In this document: piece by piece, positions 63,430 through 64,000 of the stretch | Position numbering within the stretch: the stretch's first letter is position 1 | How the letters are laid out: each line of letters starts with the position of its first letter | Assembly: GCA_002633005.1 (NCBI GenBank) | Contig: NMRA01000030.1 | Location: forward strand, 463,601-527,600 | Length of the DNA stretch: 64,000 bases | DNA from: Phoronis australis | Lineage: Eukaryota; Animalia; Phoronida | Direction: 5' to 3' | The notes under the pieces: generated by a model | What the model was told of the DNA's origin: nothing | Databases searched by the model: none | Seen by the model: the letters and a program-made list of their open reading frames with translations, nothing else | Made by a program: the position numbers and the translations under genes

Positions 63430-64000
63430 CTGAAAATAATTACAATGGCACCAGTGATTCTCAAATTTCTACAGAACCTTTCAAAAATATCAGAGCTGCC
63501 ACCCCCTTTTGATTGAAATACAGACTCTTTGACACAAAAATACAGATTTTTTTAGCCAAATACAGAACATTCCATGCCGATGTAGGGGTGTGATTGTTGC
63601 GTACATTTTTAGGGCATGGGCAAGGCAAGTGTAAACGATCACGTTCGATAGGAAGCATACAATATTATTGTAAAGTTAAGTATCATCCTGAAAATGAAAT
63701 ACAATACTCATATTGACAGAAAATATGGTTTATTTTGCAATTCACAAAAACATGTTTTTGTGACAGTCTTCTAGGAATATAAAATATTCAAGCATATCAC
63801 TTAAAACAATAGTCTATGGTTTTGTTCCTTAGACATCATCAGATCAATCAAAGTTCTGATAAAGTTAGTCAAGCCCTCTCAAAGATGGTGACATGGCATT
63901 AGAGTCACCAACACTTGATCCCTGTAGTCCTAAATATGTTGCACTTTTGGCTTTCTTCAGGAACTCATGGGAAAATTTTTGTTCATAACAGGGTGTTTGT

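Noticed and set aside
63461-64000. Further upstream XPO5 exon
   Set aside because: No frame resembling the expected upstream peptide with valid splice sites was found; the exon is probably outside the window.

Overview
AT-rich, repeat-dense animal genomic DNA (an invertebrate draft assembly with three N gaps; a lophotrochozoan such as a mollusc is plausible but not proven). The only host gene I can support is exportin-5 (XPO5) on the minus strand. I assembled 19 coding exons by hand between 63429 and the stop codon at 32282; they join in frame to 677 aa, the C-terminal half of the protein, and the 5' exons lie beyond the window end. The gene contains one U12-type (minor spliceosome) intron and one GC-AG intron. 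Several tandem duplications sit on or across its splice signals. Positions 1-32000 hold no recognisable host gene. The rest is transposon-derived: Helentron-associated (HINE/DINE-1-like) elements, a Kolobok-like element with a THAP remnant, Tc1/mariner-like and other MITEs, LINE fragments and many minisatellites. The two most interesting signals are (i) HINE-like elements whose ~150-bp internal modules each carry a CTCF-consensus-like motif in the same orientation and (ii) splice-site duplications in XPO5 in which the extra copies have lost the key dinucleotide. All alignments were made by eye and from memory of the families; no database searches were run.
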